The notes under the pieces were generated by a model. It had not been told where the DNA came from. It saw nothing but the letters and a program-made list of their open reading frames with translations, and did not search any database. A stretch of DNA of 64,000 nucleotides, taken from the NCBI RefSeq assembly GCF_009914755.1, contig NC_060928.1. The stretch is one strand, 5' to 3'. The DNA comes from the human T2T-CHM13v2.0 reference genome, Homo sapiens. Positions within the stretch are counted from its first letter, which is position 1. Each line of letters starts with the position of its first letter. Below, piece after piece: positions 59,960-64,000 of this stretch. A program made the position numbers and the translations under genes.

Positions 59960-60110
59960 ACATGCTGTCTGATTTAATCCTCACAGCAACCCTGCAAGAT
60001 AGAGATTATTAGCCCCATTTGACTGAAGAGGATACTGAGGCTTAGAGAAATTAAGTAATTTTCCCCAAATCAGAGAGCTAATAAACTGTCAGACCAAGGC
60101 CTCCCTGGGA
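59960..60110 (-). mobile_element. MIR
   Basis: atttaatcctcacagcaaccctgcaag...actgaggcttagagaaattaagtaattttccc. Confidence 0.75.
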
Positions 60111-61216
60111 AAGTTTACACTGCACCATGTATTTAGGAATGTGAAAATCATAAGTGAGGACAGTTAACTGACCAAGTGTCAGGTAACTTTCTCTAGGTGA
60201 ATACCAGCAGGCTTCTGGGCAGTGAGGAAGTGGTTTTCCAGATTCCAGTGGCAGATTCCACAAATCTGACAATGACCCTCCAGTTCACACTCTGGAGAGA
60301 AGGAAGCATCTTTCTGGACTTTACTTCCTCCATATTAAAGTTCTAAGCACTGTAGGTTTTCCCTTTTCCTTGGTTTTTAAACTTCTGAAAAGCAGCTTGA
60401 CCTGGATATAAAAAGCTGTCATTTTCATTTTAGGAAAATAGATTTTAAAATCCTTTCTGACGAGATGAACATTGTAACAAGCAGGGTACCAGATAATCTT
60501 TGTAATGTCACTTTGACATCTAATTGGTTATAGAGTACTAGCATTTTCGTGAAGCCCAAATATAAGAGATTTTTTGATCCAAATTCTCAGACCACTTCTG
60601 AAGTTCTTCAGCAAGTTTTGAGGGATTTTTTTTGCTTTTTTTTTTTAAAGCAACAATACCTTTTTTTTTTGTTTGTTTTGCAATAAAAGCTGTTTTCTGC
60701 AGTTAGAGGAGTGAGGAAGATCAAGTAAAAGTACAGAAACACATTTTCATAACTGTTCCCAAGAAATAGCAACAAAGGGTTGAGAGAACCGCTAAGAATG
60801 TGGCAAGTACTATCTGTGACCCCACACACACGCACACGCATGCACACGCACACGTGAGCTTTTTCATGGGTGATAGGGAAAATAACAGGCAAGAAAATCT
60901 TATAAATAAGGTAAAATTACCAAAAGAAAGTTGCCTTTAGGACCAAAGCGAAAAGGAGAAAACTCTATTAAGCTCAGTGATATAGTTCTTTGTCCCTGAC
61001 ATTTGTCTGTAAGCCTAGGGGGAAGTCTCCTCTCTCCTGCCCTTACGTAAACAGGCTTTTCGGCTTTTATGGGACATTCATTTACTCTATTTCCCATTAG
61101 ATATTAAAGTCCCCTAGTGCACAAACAAATCAACAACAAAAAGAGATAACGTAGTTAGGCATGCTGAACTAGTCTTGGGTTCTTAAATGCTTTTTCATTT
61201 TCTGTAAATGTTTCAG

Positions 61217-61399
61217 AACTACATGTACTGTGCCTCTAATAGATTACATAGATGGGAATGATTATTCCATTGAACCACAGCAAGGTGGGGATGAAGATGG
61301 TTTTGCCAGAGGGGCCTGGGACTGGAGTTTACTATGGAAACGTATTCCTCTAAGCCACAAGGAAAAGGCCAAAAGAAAACATAAAACTGAACCTTATCG
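61217..61399 (+). CDS. GALNT7: GALNT7 alternative exon 6 (upstream paralogous copy, '6a', 183 nt); candidate mutually exclusive exon
   Basis: Acceptor gtttcag| and donor CG|gtaaag. Translates (R)TTCTVPLIDYIDGNDYSIEPQQGGDEDGFARGAWDWSLLWKRIPLSHKEKAKRKHKTEPY(R) with no stops or indels. Same length and phase (2/2) as 61537-61719. Not in the ORF track. Confidence 0.88.
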
Positions 61400-61434
61400 G
61401 TAAAGACTATTACTTTATTTTCTTATGTTGAATG

Positions 61435-61536
61435 TTTATCTAAGTTCTTTTTTTTTTCTTCCCCATGAACTCGTATAAATGTGTGGGTCCATACATACGC
61501 TTCCATTTGATCTTTGCTGCCATCAACACAATACAG
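61435..61536 (+). promoter_or_regulatory. Candidate distant branch point, polypyrimidine tract and AG-exclusion zone for exon 6b
   Basis: TTTAT/CTAAG (A at 61438 or 61443) is directly followed by a pyrimidine run at 61445-61464. There is no AG from 61445 until the acceptor at 61535-61536, and the sequence next to the acceptor (catcaacacaatacag) lacks a U-rich tract. Confidence 0.6.
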
Positions 61537-61719
61537 AACCATTTGCACTGTGCCGCTTATAGATGTCATAAATGGCAACACATATGAAATTATACCCCAA
61601 GGGGGTGGTGATGAAGATGGGTATGCCCGAGGAGCATGGGATTGGAGTATGCTCTGGAAACGGGTGCCTCTGACCCCTCAAGAGAAGAGACTGAGAAAGA
61701 CAAAAACTGAACCGTATCG
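61537..61719 (+). CDS. GALNT7: GALNT7 exon 6 (downstream copy, '6b', 183 nt; the version in the reference protein as I recall it)
   Basis: Acceptor aatacag| and donor CG|gtaatc. Translates (R)TICTVPLIDVINGNTYEIIPQGGGDEDGYARGAWDWSMLWKRVPLTPQEKRLRKTKTEPY(R), in frame with exon 5. Confidence 0.95.
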
Positions 61720-62987
61720 GTAATCACTAAATCACTTACATATTTTTCTTTTCTCCAGTTGCTGCTAACCTATTAACCTCTTGCCAAGCTAAAGATTCGT
61801 TATTAAAACTGTAGATGTTGTCTCAGATTCTGAAAGAACATCTTTCCTTACACTGTTTCAGAGCTTTCAATCTGCTCCATTTGCTCCATTGTAATTGCTT
61901 TTACCCTAAATGTGATGTCCACTACTGAGACGTACACACTTTCATTGGGGAAAGAAAAATAATGTAACATGGCATTTGTTCCACGTACAAGTGAAAAAAA
62001 GATAAAATCTTAGTTATCCTGTCCTACTGGATTAGACATCAAATTTTATTCTTTTGATGACAGTGTCATTCTATAAATTTAAAATACATAAATTACTTTA
62101 ATCCAACCAAGACTTTTATTTCCACGTTCATGCCGTGGGTATAATGTTAACAATGAAGGGCACTAGCAAGAGATTTCTGGGTTTTTCTCCCCTTTTGCTG
62201 TTATGTTAACTCTCAAATACTAATTTTGTACTAGTTAAATCTGATGAATCACAATACATGACTTTAAAAAATGTTACATAGAATCCTTTATTGCTTCATT
62301 CTCAGAAAAGTGATTGATTAAAAGAAAACTCTATTCAAAAATCAGCTTTTGTCCCTTCTTGTGGTTCTTTCAGTAGAACAACTTATGCTACTCTCTTCTT
62401 TTGATCTTGTAATTAGAACATTTTACTGTCTCTGTAAAAAGTGACCCCAAATGAAATGTTTGCTCAAGTGTTAGTATAGCCTTCTCCTGAATGTGTCTAA
62501 TCTTATTTTTCTGATCCTATGGTTCTGCTTTTGGTCTCTCTCTCCCTGTTACACTGCTGGTGATGTTAGAACTCTGTTTTGGGAAGGTGCTTCCAATGTT
62601 ATGGAAACGCTGTGGGATTTGGGCATGTCATGATATCAAGATACTGAATGGCAAACATAAAGAAGTTATAGCACTTAATTAATCATAGTAGCTTAATTGG
62701 ACATTTACCAAATTTTTTTTGGTAAATTTCTTATTCAGAATAGTCCAGGAATCAACTGCTTACGTGCTTAACTTAACAAATAACTGTGGGAGAAAAAAAA
62801 TAAAGGGTGCTGAGCAAATTTATATTTCTGTTAATTCCATAGGCCAGTAAAGAAAATTTTTAAAGTGACCTAGAAAAATTAAAGGGAGGTTATCTGTTGA
62901 TTAACTCACTGGTGACCATGTTAAGATGCATTTTCAAGTATATACTGAGATGAATGGGAACATATTTGAAGAAAAATAAACCCAGCT

Positions 62988-63365
<378 letters not shown>

Positions 63366-63610
63366 TTACTGTGTTAGGCAGCATATTTTAAGAAGAAAAA
63401 GCATGAGAGAACAACTTTTTTCTGATGCTATTTTCTTCTAGTATTGAAAATATTTCTTGATTCATTATCCACTCAACAAACGTTTATTGAATGCTTACTG
63501 TATGCCAAGCACTGTTTTCTGGGGATACATTTTTAAAGATATGTTTCCTCATTGAATTTAAAATACAGTGAATCAGACAGAAATTAAACAGATAACTGCA
63601 TAAATAACCC

Positions 63611-63780
63611 TAAAATTAGCCTGGTGTGGTGGCACGTGCCTGTAGTCCCAGCAACTCAGGAGACTGAGGCAGAGGGATTGCTTGAGCCCAGGAGTTCAAG
63701 GCTTCAGTGAACAATGATTGTGCCACTGTACTGCAGCCTGGGCAACAGAGTGAGACCCTGTCTCACAAAACAAACAAAAC
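63611..63780 (+). mobile_element. Alu right-arm monomer (FRAM/AluJ-like) within an L2 fragment
   Basis: aaaattagcctggtgtggtggcac...gattgcttgagcccaggagttcaagg; L2-like flanks at 63465-64000. Confidence 0.8.
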
Positions 63781-64000
63781 TCTGGAACAGCAGCTGTGAT
63801 AAGTAGTATGAAGAAAAATCACAGAGTACATGAGTTTATGGAAAGATGAACCTAATCCAGCTTGGGAGATCAGGAAAGGCCCTTCTGACAAAGTGTCATT
63901 TAGGCTGAGACCTGAAGGATGAGGGACCAATTCTGTGGAAAAGGAGAAGGAACATTTCAGGATCGTGAATAACATGAATGAAGGCCTTAAGACAGAAAGG

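Noticed and set aside
60823-60854. (CA/CACG)n alternating purine-pyrimidine tract upstream of exon 6a
   Set aside because: It is an ordinary short microsatellite; a Z-DNA or hnRNP L role cannot be supported from sequence alone.
61217-61399. Upstream exon 6 copy as a dead pseudo-exon, recent duplication or assembly artefact
   Set aside because: The frame and splice sites are intact despite many synonymous differences, and flanking introns are not similar. A recent or artefactual copy would be near-identical, and a dead one this diverged would probably carry stops or indels.

Overview
Human (primate) genomic DNA, not prokaryotic. The window is the interior of GALNT7 (polypeptide N-acetylgalactosaminyltransferase 7, + strand). 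It covers coding exons 2-6; exon 1 and the remaining catalytic and lectin exons lie outside. The exons splice in frame through GT-AG sites and encode the stem and the N-terminal half of the GT-A catalytic domain, including the DXH motif. The ~43.7 kb intron 2 carries the MADE1-derived miRNA MIR548T, an ~8 kb antisense ERV1-class provirus with two LTRs and a 4-bp TSD, and many Alu, L1, L2, MIR and DNA-transposon relics. The main finding is that exon 6 occurs twice in tandem (61217-61399 and 61537-61719). Both copies are 183 nt, have the same phase, are stop-free, and share 44 of 60 residues, with 20 of those 44 using different codons. The 137-nt spacer has a ~90-nt AG-free zone and a candidate branch point only ~40 nt from the upstream donor. 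This is the architecture of sterically enforced mutually exclusive exons, which would swap part of the acceptor-binding region of the catalytic domain. Repeat family names and boundaries were assigned by eye and need RepeatMasker/Dfam confirmation. I could not check whether the alternative exon is already annotated.
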